Translations under genes and position numbers: made by a program | Notes under the pieces: generated by a model | What the model was told of the DNA's origin: nothing | Databases searched by the model: none | The model's input: the letters and a program-made list of their open reading frames with translations, nothing else | In this document: one piece after another, positions 36,767 to 46,056 of the stretch | Layout: each line of letters starts with the position of its first letter | Position numbering within the stretch: position 1 is the stretch's first letter | Virus record (IMG/VR): IMGVR_UViG_3300045988_107526 | Span: 1 to 64,000 of that record | Direction: 5' to 3' (one strand) | DNA from: a virus | DNA: 64,000 bases

Positions 36767-37082
36767 ACCAACAGTACTAGATACCGATTTCAACGGGAAC
36801 TGCATCATCTGGATTTATGTACTGGCATACATTTATATGCCACTGACCATGATACCGGTAAGTTTCTTCTTCAGATACTGCTGGATTTTCCGCATTCCGT
36901 TCTTCTATTTTTTCGGTATCAACGCTATCAGATTGTATTATCAGCACTGGCTCATCACTCCCGAGCAGTTGGAGATGCACCATGTGTTTATCATATTCAC
37001 TTTAATGCTTTACGCTTATGGATTTATCAAAATCGCTCTATCGAATAGCAGAATCTGCCTTCGGGATGCTAAGAAACGATGA
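36750..37082 (+). CDS. Hypothetical multi-TM protein
   Basis: 110-aa hydrophobic ORF. Confidence 0.45.
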   Translation: MGIIPRPTVLDTDFNGNCIIWIYVLAYIYMPLTMIPVSFFFRYCWIFRIPFFYFFGINAIRLYYQHWLITPEQLEMHHVFIIFTLMLYAYGFIKIALSNSRICLRDAKKR

Positions 37083-37479
37083 GTGCGGGTTTACAGAGGA
37101 AGAAGAGAGGATTGTGCAGAGAAATCTGCTTTACTGGATGGAAAGGAAGCATCACTTTGACGAGCAACTGGGCAGAGCCTGCATCGCCAACATCTATTAT
37201 TTTGATGATGATGTTCACAAGAAGTATGCTCCTTACTTCGGGTTTGATGAGTTGAAGGAGGATTATGACCGGCTATCTTGGAACATACCGGACTACAACT
37301 TCTGGGATTTTGCGGTAACGATGAACAAGATGTATGCTGACCATATAGACGTGGTGGGCAAATGGTCGAAGAATAAAGATACTACCAGAAAAAGGATTTC
37401 GGAACTGGCTATCAGTTTCCTCTGTGACGAATCGACAAACCACCCTACAGATAAAATCTGGTGGTACATGAATAGCTAA
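37066..37479 (+). CDS. Hypothetical protein
   Basis: Track ORF 37018..37479. The internal Met at 37066 reduces the overlap with the upstream ORF to 17 nt. Confidence 0.5.
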   Translation: MLRNDECGFTEEEERIVQRNLLYWMERKHHFDEQLGRACIANIYYFDDDVHKKYAPYFGFDELKEDYDRLSWNIPDYNFWDFAVTMNKMYADHIDVVGKWSKNKDTTRKRISELAISFLCDESTNHPTDKIWWYMNS

Positions 37480-37513
37480 GTTGGAACACGGCAAAAGCTA
37501 TTGAAAAGCCTTT

Positions 37514-37521
37514 TATCTTTG
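37514..37521 (+). promoter_or_regulatory. -7 box TATCTTTG upstream of the lysis cassette
   Basis: Exact TAnnTTTG, 27 nt before the holin ATG. Confidence 0.55.
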
Positions 37522-37547
37522 TAGCCATTAATCAAAAATAATGGTAT

Positions 37548-37991
37548 ATGGCAGAGATAGTACATACATTTTTACAAGAGCACCTGTACAGATCGGCATT
37601 GGTTATTGCCATCTGCATGGGTGCTCTTATCATTTCTATGGGCGTGGACCTGTTCTTCGGAATCAAGAAAGCGAAAGAGAACGGACTGGCTACGACAAGT
37701 ACAGGATTCAAGAAGACTTGCGACAAGGCGAGGAAATACTTCTCTCCCTTCATGGTGACGGTCTGCATAGACCTGATAGCCTGTACGGTTCTCCCCTTCC
37801 CTGTCTTCTCTATGATTTGGGCAGGCTATTGCGTGTTCTGTGAATTTGTAAGCGTAAGGGAAAAGAGCTGGCAGAAGGCCGAGATACGGAAGCAGGAGAA
37901 GACTGTAAGTATTCTTCTGGAGAACAAAGAAGACTTGGCTAGGGCTTTTGTTGAGATTATGAAGGAACAGGGAAAGGAGGAGAAGAAATGA
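37548..37991 (+). CDS. Holin
   Basis: 147 aa with TM helices, MGVDLFFGIKKAKENG...TSTGFKKT resembling the LL-H/TcdE holin family, and a charged C-terminal tail. It overlaps the endolysin start by 4 nt. Confidence 0.65.
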   Translation: MAEIVHTFLQEHLYRSALVIAICMGALIISMGVDLFFGIKKAKENGLATTSTGFKKTCDKARKYFSPFMVTVCIDLIACTVLPFPVFSMIWAGYCVFCEFVSVREKSWQKAEIRKQEKTVSILLENKEDLARAFVEIMKEQGKEEKK

Positions 37992-38431
37992 GACTGATTA
38001 AGAGAATTTTTGTTCATTGTTCTGCCTCTTCTCAGAAATGGGGCGTGAAGGAACTTTGGGATGAGTTTAAGCGCAAAGGCTGGAATAACCCCGGCTACCA
38101 TTATGTAATTACTGCTGATGGTGGGATTCACCAGATGCTTCCGGTAGAAATGGTTAGCAACGGCGTGAAGGGATATAATGCTACGGCTATCAATGTGGCT
38201 TATGTTGGCGGCATCAACAAGAAGGGAAAGGCGGTAGACAACAGAACAGAGGAACAGAAGAAATCGCTTATCACTCTGCTCACTCAGCTAAAGAAGAAAT
38301 ATCCGAATGCTGAAATCTTAGGGCACAGAGATATTTCTCCAGACAAGAACCATAACGGCGTAGTGGATCCTTGGGAGAGAATCAAGGAGTGCCCTTGTTT
38401 TGACGCTAAAGTTGAATACAAAGAGATATAG
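37988..38431 (+). CDS. N-acetylmuramoyl-L-alanine amidase endolysin (T7-lysozyme/PGRP type)
   Basis: IFVHCSAS, GYHYVITADGG, ILGHRDISPD and CPCFD match the zinc-amidase motifs of the Amidase_2 family. Confidence 0.85.
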   Translation: MRLIKRIFVHCSASSQKWGVKELWDEFKRKGWNNPGYHYVITADGGIHQMLPVEMVSNGVKGYNATAINVAYVGGINKKGKAVDNRTEEQKKSLITLLTQLKKKYPNAEILGHRDISPDKNHNGVVDPWERIKECPCFDAKVEYKEI

Positions 38432-38434
38432 CTT

Positions 38435-38875
38435 ATGAAATGGTACGACATAAGGTTTTGGAAATGGGCTTGCATCGGCTTGGTGGTTGGAATTATCCTA
38501 TTAGCGTTTACTGGATGCAAGACGAAGGAGTATATCAAAGTTCCTTCTGTTAGAACTGAATACGTATGCAGGACAGATACTTTTGCTAAGTTTGATAGTA
38601 TCTACATGAAGGATTCGGTGTATGTTTTTCAGAAGGGTGATACGGTTTTCCATAACAAGGTGGTTTATCGGGACCGGTATCATAATATATATAATGTGAA
38701 GACGGACACAATCATCAAGACGGATTCAGTAACCGTGCCTTATCCTATAGAGCGGCAACTGACGAAGAACGAGCAAAGGCTGATGTCGCTGGGCAGATGC
38801 TATATCGCATTTCTGTTCATACTGGCGGCTTGCGCGATAGGGTTTACTCTCTGGTACAGAAACAAAAAGTGCTAG
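38435..38875 (+). CDS. Putative unimolecular spanin
   Basis: N-terminal signal with lipobox-like LLAFTGC and a C-terminal TM helix CYIAFLFILAACAIGFTLWY. It lies directly after the endolysin. Confidence 0.45.
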   Translation: MKWYDIRFWKWACIGLVVGIILLAFTGCKTKEYIKVPSVRTEYVCRTDTFAKFDSIYMKDSVYVFQKGDTVFHNKVVYRDRYHNIYNVKTDTIIKTDSVTVPYPIERQLTKNEQRLMSLGRCYIAFLFILAACAIGFTLWYRNKKC

Positions 38876-38878
38876 CTT

Positions 38879-39190
38879 ATGGCGAAGATTAGCGAAGAAC
38901 TGCAGATGATTGATTCGCTCCTGATGGAATTTCATGAGCGGATTCAGAGCGGAAGATGTCTGACGAGTAGTCTTCAAAACAAAATGATGTTGAAGTTCTT
39001 GCACGAAATCGCCAATAAGGACGAGCCTATCAGCAAGGCTGAGGCATGTGGCTATGTTCATGTTTCGAGGGCTACCTTTGACCGGCTTGTGAAAGAAGGC
39101 AGGCTGCCAAAGGGTAAAAAACGGAAAGGATGGACCGAGCTAGTTTGGTACGAAAAAGATTTAGATGAATATATAGATAGATTGGTATAG
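38879..39190 (+). CDS. Excisionase/AlpA-like HTH DNA-binding protein
   Basis: ISKAEACGYVHVSRATFDRLVKEGRLPKGKKRKGWTELVWYEKDLDEYI resembles the Xis/MerR-type HTH_17 pattern. Confidence 0.55.
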   Translation: MAKISEELQMIDSLLMEFHERIQSGRCLTSSLQNKMMLKFLHEIANKDEPISKAEACGYVHVSRATFDRLVKEGRLPKGKKRKGWTELVWYEKDLDEYIDRLV

Positions 39191-39250
39191 ATTTTACTTT
39201 TTTTTCATTTTTGTTAGTTGTGTTAATTAGGTAGTAGATTGTTTCATTGC

Positions 39251-39291
39251 AAAAAGAAATCCCCACTCGGCTGTGATAGCTGGGTGGGGAT
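39251..39291 (-). terminator. Rho-independent terminator of the leftward operon
   Basis: Minus strand ATCCCCAC...GTGGGGAT (8 bp) followed by TTCTTTTT. Confidence 0.65.
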
Positions 39292-39301
39292 TGTGGGTTA
39301 T

Positions 39302-39769
39302 TTATTTCATAAACGCCATCCAAATTGTTTGGTTCTTGATGGTGGTACGATGTCCGAATATCGGTTTGTAATCGGTGATTGCCTTTAGCACATCACTAAC
39401 CTTTATCTGTTGCTCGTTCCACTTAAAAATGAGCGTTCCGTTTGTTTTCAGCACCCTCATGCCCTCATGGATAGAATCATTGATGAATGCTTGCCAATTT
39501 TCGGGCAGCTTACCATATTTCTTGCATAACCAAGAGTTCTTTCCTACTTTTAGCAGGTGAGGAGGGTCGAAAACAACCATATTAAATGTTTCATCTTCGA
39601 ATGGCAAATTAGTGCAATCGGCTATCATATCTGGTTGAACGTCTAATTTGCGTCCATCACATAATGTGTCGTGATATTCTCTTATGTCGGTAAAAAGTAC
39701 CTGTGGGTCCTGCTTGTCGAAATAAAACATACGAGATCCGCAACACATATCTAATATTCTTTGCTTCAT
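39302..39769 (-). CDS. Small putative DNA amino-methyltransferase (DPPH motif)
   Basis: 155 aa. Motif I-like ILDMCCGS and motif IV-like VVFDPPHL. Confidence 0.5.
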   Translation of the reverse strand: MKQRILDMCCGSRMFYFDKQDPQVLFTDIREYHDTLCDGRKLDVQPDMIADCTNLPFEDETFNMVVFDPPHLLKVGKNSWLCKKYGKLPENWQAFINDSIHEGMRVLKTNGTLIFKWNEQQIKVSDVLKAITDYKPIFGHRTTIKNQTIWMAFMK

Positions 39770-39948
39770 ACGCTACTTTTTTTAACTAAACTTATCGCCT
39801 TTGTGATGCGGTGGTCTATACTTTTATGTGTAAGCATCAAATTGTGTTTCATCTTCCAATAAGGAAGATTTATTACATGAAACCAATGACTGTTCTTTTT
39901 CATCAGTAGCCTTGCTTTCATTATCTTCTTTGCCAATCTAATCTTCAT
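39766..39948 (-). CDS. Small basic protein, RxAKKI...DHRIxKAI family (paralog of 57598-57756)
   Basis: MKIRLAKKIMKA...SIDHRITKAISLVKK. It overlaps the downstream gene by 4 nt. Confidence 0.5.
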   Translation of the reverse strand: MKIRLAKKIMKARLLMKKNSHWFHVINLPYWKMKHNLMLTHKSIDHRITKAISLVKKSSV

Positions 39949-40082
39949 ACGCTATTTATTTTTCAGTTCAACCTATTCGATAAGAATGTTACAATCATCC
40001 AATTCTATACAATCATGCATCCAATCTTGGATAAATGCGTGATGCGAACTATCTCTTTTTCTTTACTCATTGCTTATCCTAC

Positions 40083-40331
40083 TTAGTAATTGATAATCTT
40101 CTGTGTCTTGCGAACCTTGGCAAAGAAATCGGTGATTTCTTGTGAAGTTGCTTCTCTACAGCAGTCTCCTTTCATCCAATTACCAATACCATTGGATTTC
40201 CGAATCATTCCATCAGAATCCTCACCAATTATCACACCATATCCATCAGCGTTAACAAAACCATCATGGATAAACACTTTGCCATCACCATCAACTAAGA
40301 TAGCACCTGCTTTAAATTCACTTAATCTCAT
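40083..40331 (-). CDS. Hypothetical protein
   Basis: 82-aa ORF. Confidence 0.5.
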   Translation of the reverse strand: MRLSEFKAGAILVDGDGKVFIHDGFVNADGYGVIIGEDSDGMIRKSNGIGNWMKGDCCREATSQEITDFFAKVRKTQKIINY

Positions 40332-40748
40332 ATTCTATTCTTTTTTTACCCTCTCCCTTTTGCAGGAGAGGGTGGTTAGTTATTAAAAGCTCATCAAGCT
40401 ATTTTTTTGAATACTTCTTTATTCATAACATATCTGTTTAAGGTTAAAGGTAAACTAAATCAAACATTCCGGCTTGATCTCCAACTTTAAATATGATTTT
40501 GTTTGAATGGTTTATACTTCTGATAAACTCAACTTCAGCATCATCTGGCTGATTTCCAATTATTTCCTTTAAATGTTTTATTTTCATACTCTATCTATTT
40601 ATGCCCGAAGGCGTTAAACATCAAATCTTTCTGTCTTGATGAGTTATTATCTCACACTCATTTCCTCTACGATTCCAATAACCGCATTGGTAACATTTTC
40701 TTCCGTAGAAAGGACAATGATAATTTACTTGTGTTGCTACACTCATAC

Positions 40749-41186
40749 CTACACATCCATTTCTGAGTTAAGTCCTAGACCGAAGAGAAGGTGCTGCAAC
40801 TGATGAACATACTTAATGTATGCAATTGGTTTACATACATTATTGTCAGTAAACGGATATACATCAAACTCATCACCGATACCTTTTTCTATGTAGATAG
40901 GAAAATATCCATATTCTTCAATATCGGGTTTTGTATATACTAGATGACTATTCTTTACTCCTCTGCTCATCAATTCTTCCTTCCATCCATTCTTCTCTAG
41001 AATCTCAAGAGTGAGATTAATAGGTAATATATCTCTGTCTGCAACAAAAGCAGTTTTTGTACTATTAGTTGAAATCAAAGCATAACATATCTTGTTATGA
41101 AGAAAGTTTTCTTCAAAATTAACAATAGTATAAGTATTGGTTGCAAACTTTACCAAATCTCCTGGAATGTATTCTAATTTATCCAT
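40749..41186 (-). CDS. Hypothetical protein
   Basis: 145-aa AT-rich ORF. Confidence 0.55.
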   Translation of the reverse strand: MDKLEYIPGDLVKFATNTYTIVNFEENFLHNKICYALISTNSTKTAFVADRDILPINLTLEILEKNGWKEELMSRGVKNSHLVYTKPDIEEYGYFPIYIEKGIGDEFDVYPFTDNNVCKPIAYIKYVHQLQHLLFGLGLNSEMDV

Positions 41187-41552
41187 ACGCTTTACTTTTT
41201 AATTACTATCTAGTTCTGACATAAAAGTTACTATAAAACCACAAATAGTAATGAATGCAAATATGCCAATAACATCTTCCTTAAACAGAAAGTAACTGTA
41301 CACTTCTAACACTCCTATCAATAAATAAGTGATACTTACAAGAAGCAGTTTAAATACTTTCATATTATTATTCAATTAAAACGCAATTCTATAGTACTTT
41401 CCTTTCAGAGAAGGTTTCTTACTGATAATGAACTTCTCTAAATCTTCAAAATCTATTGGGAAGAGCGCACAATATTTATACTTTAATGTGCAGATGAATC
41501 TTCCGTCGAGCATAACATCAAAAATAAAAGTCTTCATATCTATCCCTCCTCA

Positions 41553-41999
41553 TTATTTTTTAAAGATTTCATCAAGAATACTTCTGAAATTTGGATTATC
41601 AATCACAGCTTGTGCATCTGCTTCTCTTCGAAAATAGACGCAGCCATAATTTGATTCTAATCTAGAATCCACAAACAAACGTTCAGGTCTGTCAGACTTT
41701 ATGATAAAGTATTTATTTTCTCCTATATTACCCCAGTCTGGCTTCCAATCACCGTTATAATAACTAGCGATGTTCATGAGCTTGTTTATTGCATCTAGCT
41801 TATTCTGATTCTTTTTCACTTCTGAATAATCAACTTTCGCAATTATAGAAGACCTTACATCATTAAAATTGATGAATTTCTTCTTGAACATTATAACACC
41901 AGTCTTCAAATCGCTGTTCTCAACATCTATCTCCATTCCTCTAGGAATATTAATAGTTAACTTATTACCTATGATTTCTACGATTTCCATACTTATCAC
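41553..41999 (-). CDS. Hypothetical protein
   Basis: 148-aa ORF with a 4-nt overlap with the upstream gene. Confidence 0.55.
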   Translation of the reverse strand: MISMEIVEIIGNKLTINIPRGMEIDVENSDLKTGVIMFKKKFINFNDVRSSIIAKVDYSEVKKNQNKLDAINKLMNIASYYNGDWKPDWGNIGENKYFIIKSDRPERLFVDSRLESNYGCVYFRREADAQAVIDNPNFRSILDEIFKK

Positions 42000-42382
42000 T
42001 CCTCTTTAGTTTCATACTCCTGTTGCAGATTCTTGACCTCGCTAACGAACTTACTGACATCAATATCACAATCAATTACCTCTTGATGGTTTTTGATAGC
42101 GTCTTCTATCAGATGGGTGCATTCTTCGGTAAAACCACAGATACGATCACCTTCGATGGTGTAGAGATACTTGTGTGTGTTATAGTAAGCACACTGGCAG
42201 AGAGATAATCCCTCTGAGTTGAGGCGGTCCCGTACATCGGGATTGTTGATGCGAAGGACCACCATCTTACATCTACTAGAATAGTACTTGCGGTATTTGA
42301 TGCGGTCTGCAACAATGATTGCTATAGCTACCAACCACAGGATAGATAGCACAATGATAACATCTATTTGAATTGTATTCAT
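41996..42382 (-). CDS. Hypothetical protein with an N-terminal TM anchor
   Basis: 128 aa. N-terminus IQIDVIIVLSILWLVAIAIIVA. Confidence 0.55.
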   Translation of the reverse strand: MNTIQIDVIIVLSILWLVAIAIIVADRIKYRKYYSSRCKMVVLRINNPDVRDRLNSEGLSLCQCAYYNTHKYLYTIEGDRICGFTEECTHLIEDAIKNHQEVIDCDIDVSKFVSEVKNLQQEYETKEE

Positions 42383-42405
42383 AACTTTAATTTTTTATTG
42401 TTTGT

Positions 42406-43047
42406 TTATCTTAAGTCGGTCATTCTTCCAGGATTTTGAATGTTCAGTTCCTTGTTGACATCATGTAGGCTGACGGATGGTAATGTATGCTTATCTGGGT
42501 CTAAACCATTCGACTTGCAGTAGTTTCTCCATGCCTCTATGCCATGAGGTTTCTTCGCATCCTCTATCGCTTTCAGTCGCTCTTCTTCTTCTCTGCGCTC
42601 GTCCTCTACCCTTCCACGCTCCTTCAGAAGGTCTGCCTCGTAAGCTATCAATCCTCTCATAATATCTTGAGGATTGATGGTTTTACCGTTGTTGATGAGC
42701 TTGTTGTATTCACCATTGGTGAAGGCTACGAAGAAGTAATCAAGTTCGGCAGGTGTAATGTAGAAATACTTTGTACAGATACGATGAGCAAGCAAGTGAA
42801 TCTGATAATCTGTCGCATTATCGTAGGCGCCCAGATAATATAGAAGGTCTATCAGTCGTCCTGTTACCCATCCTATGAGGTCTCTGAGTCCACCACGTTT
42901 CTGAATATCCAACATGGTTTCCTTATTCTTCTTTATAGCCTCAGTTAAGGTTGCAGGACGCTGATAGTTTGCCTTATCCCTGATGATAGGCACTCGCGAT
43001 GAGTCGGGCAGCGCGCTCTGAACGTTGGATATTCCGTTGTTGCTCAT
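42406..43047 (-). CDS. Hypothetical protein (start uncertain)
   Basis: The track ORF runs to 43089 and overlaps the upstream gene. Met15 (43047) or Met59 (42915) are alternative starts. Confidence 0.5.
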   Translation of the reverse strand: MSNNGISNVQSALPDSSRVPIIRDKANYQRPATLTEAIKKNKETMLDIQKRGGLRDLIGWVTGRLIDLLYYLGAYDNATDYQIHLLAHRICTKYFYITPAELDYFFVAFTNGEYNKLINNGKTINPQDIMRGLIAYEADLLKERGRVEDERREEEERLKAIEDAKKPHGIEAWRNYCKSNGLDPDKHTLPSVSLHDVNKELNIQNPGRMTDLR

Positions 43048-43465
43048 AATCTTGCTTTTGAATAATTTCGTCATTCCAGCACTCGCCATTAAGATAAGTG
43101 AGTGGGTCTTTTCTGTATACAGGGTCGGGCGTGGATGCTACATAGAGAGGAGTTGCTTTCATACAAGCTACCTTATCATTTAAGCTTAACTTCTTCCACT
43201 TAGCCTCTGCCTTCTTGCGGCCTCGTTTTTTATTGTATGCATTCCACCATTCCTCAAAAGGAGGCTCGAAGACCAACATCTGTTTTTGCTCTTCTTCAAC
43301 CTCAAAGTCTACCGTCTCCACTTCTGCATGATTGTTGAACAACTCAGAAGGCTTGTAATACTTACCAGTAAGCGCCCATCTTGCACCGGCTACAAAAGCA
43401 TCTTGAAGAGGTTCGCTTTCCGAATATTTATTTGCCTCCGAATGGATTTCCTTTAACGTTTTCAT
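42974..43465 (-). CDS. Hypothetical protein
   Basis: 163 aa. Contains FEEWWNAYNKKRGRKKAEAKWKKL...TYLNGECWNDE, a motif pattern common in phage replication-module proteins. The family is not assigned. Confidence 0.55.
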   Translation of the reverse strand: MKTLKEIHSEANKYSESEPLQDAFVAGARWALTGKYYKPSELFNNHAEVETVDFEVEEEQKQMLVFEPPFEEWWNAYNKKRGRKKAEAKWKKLSLNDKVACMKATPLYVASTPDPVYRKDPLTYLNGECWNDEIIQKQDYEQQRNIQRSERAARLIASAYHQG

Positions 43466-43486
43466 AAGCTATATGATTTTGATGAT

Positions 43487-43918
43487 TTATACCCAACCGG
43501 CACCCGAGTTCTCGAGTTCTCGCTTGCAATATTGCAAACCAACTTGGTCGTCGGGTTCCGGAATCATGATGCTGCGGATATTTGCATAATCTATCACGTT
43601 TCGGATAACGCTGCTAGCCTCTGCTGTATTGAGGGAAGTGAGAGGCTTGTATTTGCGGTTGCCAGTCTTGTCTACCTCATCGGTATAGAAGATGTAGCTG
43701 CAAACGTTGCGCTGAATATCACGAAGCGTTTCGTAGAAGGTCTGCCCTAGTTTTAGGGCGAGATAGCTAATCATGAAGTGAAGATAGCTTGACTGCTTGT
43801 CGGTCTGAATGGGGTGGAACTTCTTTAGTTCGATTTTATACCCACATTCTTTAGCTTTTTGGACTTCCTTCACGATTCTCAGATAGTCGCGAGGTTCATT
43901 AGGATTATATACACTCAT
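43487..43918 (-). CDS. Hypothetical protein
   Basis: 143-aa ORF. Confidence 0.55.
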   Translation of the reverse strand: MSVYNPNEPRDYLRIVKEVQKAKECGYKIELKKFHPIQTDKQSSYLHFMISYLALKLGQTFYETLRDIQRNVCSYIFYTDEVDKTGNRKYKPLTSLNTAEASSVIRNVIDYANIRSIMIPEPDDQVGLQYCKRELENSGAGWV

Positions 43919-43928
43919 ATTATTATAA

Positions 43929-44653
43929 TTACATTAGATTGATTACTAAACCCTTGCAAGCATAGTCGGTTGGAACACCGAGGACCTGCTGGAATTTGTT
44001 TACGGCAACATCGGGGTTAAGATGGCGTGCTGAACCATGAATGAGGACGATGCGCTTGGCGGTATTGGCTGCCTTGCATTCGTTGAGATACTCGATAGAG
44101 TGAGCCAGACTCATGTGGGAAAGACGGATGCGGTCGGCTTGGCTGACTATCGTCTTGCCTTCGTTTACGGCTTTCTCTAGGAGAGAATCATCATAGTTGC
44201 ATTCTGCCAAGAAGTACCGGCACCCTTGAACTACATTTTCCATATTGTAGCAATCGGTAAAGAACATCATGGTTCCCATTTCCGGATGATGAATGAGGAA
44301 AGAGAAACAAGGCACATCGTGTTCTACCTTCATCGGGGTGATACTGAAAGCACCAAGATGATAGGTCTGTTCTTTAATCATGCCTTTTACTCCCTTGCAT
44401 TTCTCGGATAGCTCTTCGGTAGAGTAAGCATCGATTCCTGCTTTGAGAAAGTCTTTGGCATTTTTTGCATGATCGCCTTTCAGCCGTGGGAGTGACTTAT
44501 AATCACTCCCACGCATTTTGATGTTTTGAGGTTTGCAACTTTCTTTACTTCCTGTAACGGACGACCTGCCTCTATACAGAGCTGCTGACCATTACTAGCC
44601 TCCAGTACGTAGGCATTGCCAAGACTATTGCTATTTACGACTATTAACTTCAT
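43929..44653 (-). pseudogene. Metallo-beta-lactamase-fold hydrolase split by a frameshift inside the HxHxDH motif
   Basis: A 57-codon ORF (44480-44653, MKLIVVNSNSLGNAYVLEASNGQQLCIEAGRPL...CVGVIISHSHG, then a stop) ends in H-S-H-G. The track ORF 43929-44516 in the adjacent frame continues ...LKGDHAKNAKDF. Both were checked codon by codon. Confidence 0.6.
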
Positions 44654-44654
44654 A

Positions 44655-45575
44655 TTAACTCAAACTAAACTTTTGAGCCTGTTGTGGCTGCTCATCATGT
44701 ACTTCTTCGGCATTCACGACTTCTCCTGTATCAGCATTGACCGTAATAACGTTCTTTACCTCGGCAAACTCTTCATCACGCTGAACGATGGCAGAAGGGT
44801 GCTCGTCAGCATCGAATATTTTTCCATCATCAACAGAAAATTCGCCCCACTTGTCGAGTAACTGGCGAAGAACCGTCTTTTCTGCCATATCTTTGAAACC
44901 GGTAAACCATCCATAGCCTCCAATTTCTCCATTTACAGATTGCTTAACCGCCATTTCTTTCAACTCTTGCCATGTTACCTTGCTGTACTTAACAGTTGGA
45001 GCGTACGATTTGGCAAATTTACATACAGCATCAATTGTCATATAGTAAATCTTCTCGAATCCTGACTTCATCTTGAAATATGCAAAATATCCAATAGGAA
45101 CATCGGATTTCTTTTCGCCACTGATGTCGAGTGCTCCGGTAACCTTGTCAAGACCTCTAAATTCACCTTCATATACCGTACCCTTATTGATGTTTTCGTA
45201 CTTATTTGTACGAAGAGCGAGTTCTACATAGCCTTTTACGCCAATAATAAGAGTAGGAGTCGAAATTGTTTGACCTGTTGTCTTATCTTTGTTTTTAAAG
45301 ACAGTTATGTATGCCCGTTTCAACTGCTTGTTGATAGGAAGGCGCAAACCTGCAGCCTTAACCGCCTCACACATAAGTGCATTTGGGTCACACTGGAGCA
45401 ACTGTGGGTCGGAAGTAAATAACTCCATCAAACTGGTTGTGAATGCTCCCTTACTCTCTTTTAATGTGTCCTCCAAAAGGGTCTGGTAATAACTATTGTT
45501 CATTACCGCCTGAAAATTCTTAACTGCTACTGCCTTCTGAGAAGGCTGTGCTTTTGCTACTGCTGTATCTGCCAT
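44655..45575 (-). CDS. recT: RecT-family single-strand annealing recombinase
   Basis: 306 aa. CDPNALMCEAVKAAGLRLPI..., IIGVKGYVELALRT and YFAYFKMKSGFEKIYYMT resemble the RecT family pattern. Confidence 0.7.
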   Translation of the reverse strand: MADTAVAKAQPSQKAVAVKNFQAVMNNSYYQTLLEDTLKESKGAFTTSLMELFTSDPQLLQCDPNALMCEAVKAAGLRLPINKQLKRAYITVFKNKDKTTGQTISTPTLIIGVKGYVELALRTNKYENINKGTVYEGEFRGLDKVTGALDISGEKKSDVPIGYFAYFKMKSGFEKIYYMTIDAVCKFAKSYAPTVKYSKVTWQELKEMAVKQSVNGEIGGYGWFTGFKDMAEKTVLRQLLDKWGEFSVDDGKIFDADEHPSAIVQRDEEFAEVKNVITVNADTGEVVNAEEVHDEQPQQAQKFSLS

Positions 45576-45577
45576 GA

Positions 45578-45829
45578 TTACTTCTCCTCTTCTTTATGAT
45601 TGATTAATACCTTAGTGATACCAGCCAAGGCTATTGTTCCCAAAGCAAGATTGATTTCACCACTTTCCGGAAAAAGTTCTTTCGGATCAACCTCTACTCG
45701 ATCGTGGTTATCTAACCACTTCTTTATCCGGCTCGAATCCGTTCCGTCCTTCATGCCTCCTCCTAACGCTAGAGTACCTTTGATAAGGTCTTTGTCAACC
45801 AACATTTCTAATTTTAAAGTTTCTGCCAT
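45578..45829 (-). CDS. Hypothetical protein
   Basis: 83-aa ORF between the ATPase and RecT. Confidence 0.5.
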   Translation of the reverse strand: MAETLKLEMLVDKDLIKGTLALGGGMKDGTDSSRIKKWLDNHDRVEVDPKELFPESGEINLALGTIALAGITKVLINHKEEEK

Positions 45830-45834
45830 GATTT

Positions 45835-46056
45835 TTATTTACTTATATGTTTGATTAATTCTTCTTTTGTCTTAAATACTTCGCTTTCTTTCCTTGTTGG
45901 GAAAACTGCGAACTTATACTGAATAGAGCAAGGTGCCTCACCTATCTGCTGAAAGAATACACCAACGATGTTTGCATGTCGGATTTTGTACCCATCGAGC
46001 AGATAGACTGCATCACCTATATCGAACTTCGTCTTGATTTGCATGATGCGTTTCAA
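45835..46056 (-). CDS. Hypothetical protein
   Basis: 73-aa ORF with a 4-nt overlap with the upstream ATPase gene. Confidence 0.5.
   Translation of the reverse strand: MKRIMQIKTKFDIGDAVYLLDGYKIRHANIVGVFFQQIGEAPCSIQYKFAVFPTRKESEVFKTKEELIKHISK

Noticed and set aside
40340-40376. The hairpin ACCCTCTCC-cttttgc-aGGAGAGGGT upstream of gene 40083-40331, considered as a terminator.
   Set aside because: The T-run lies on the wrong side for the minus (coding) strand and there is no U-tract for the plus strand. It may be a 5'-UTR structure, but the evidence is too thin to call.
41197-41364. An apparent 54-aa TM micro-ORF on the minus strand.
   Set aside because: A codon-by-codon recheck showed I had dropped a base. 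The ATG frame terminates after about 24 codons, so it is not reported.
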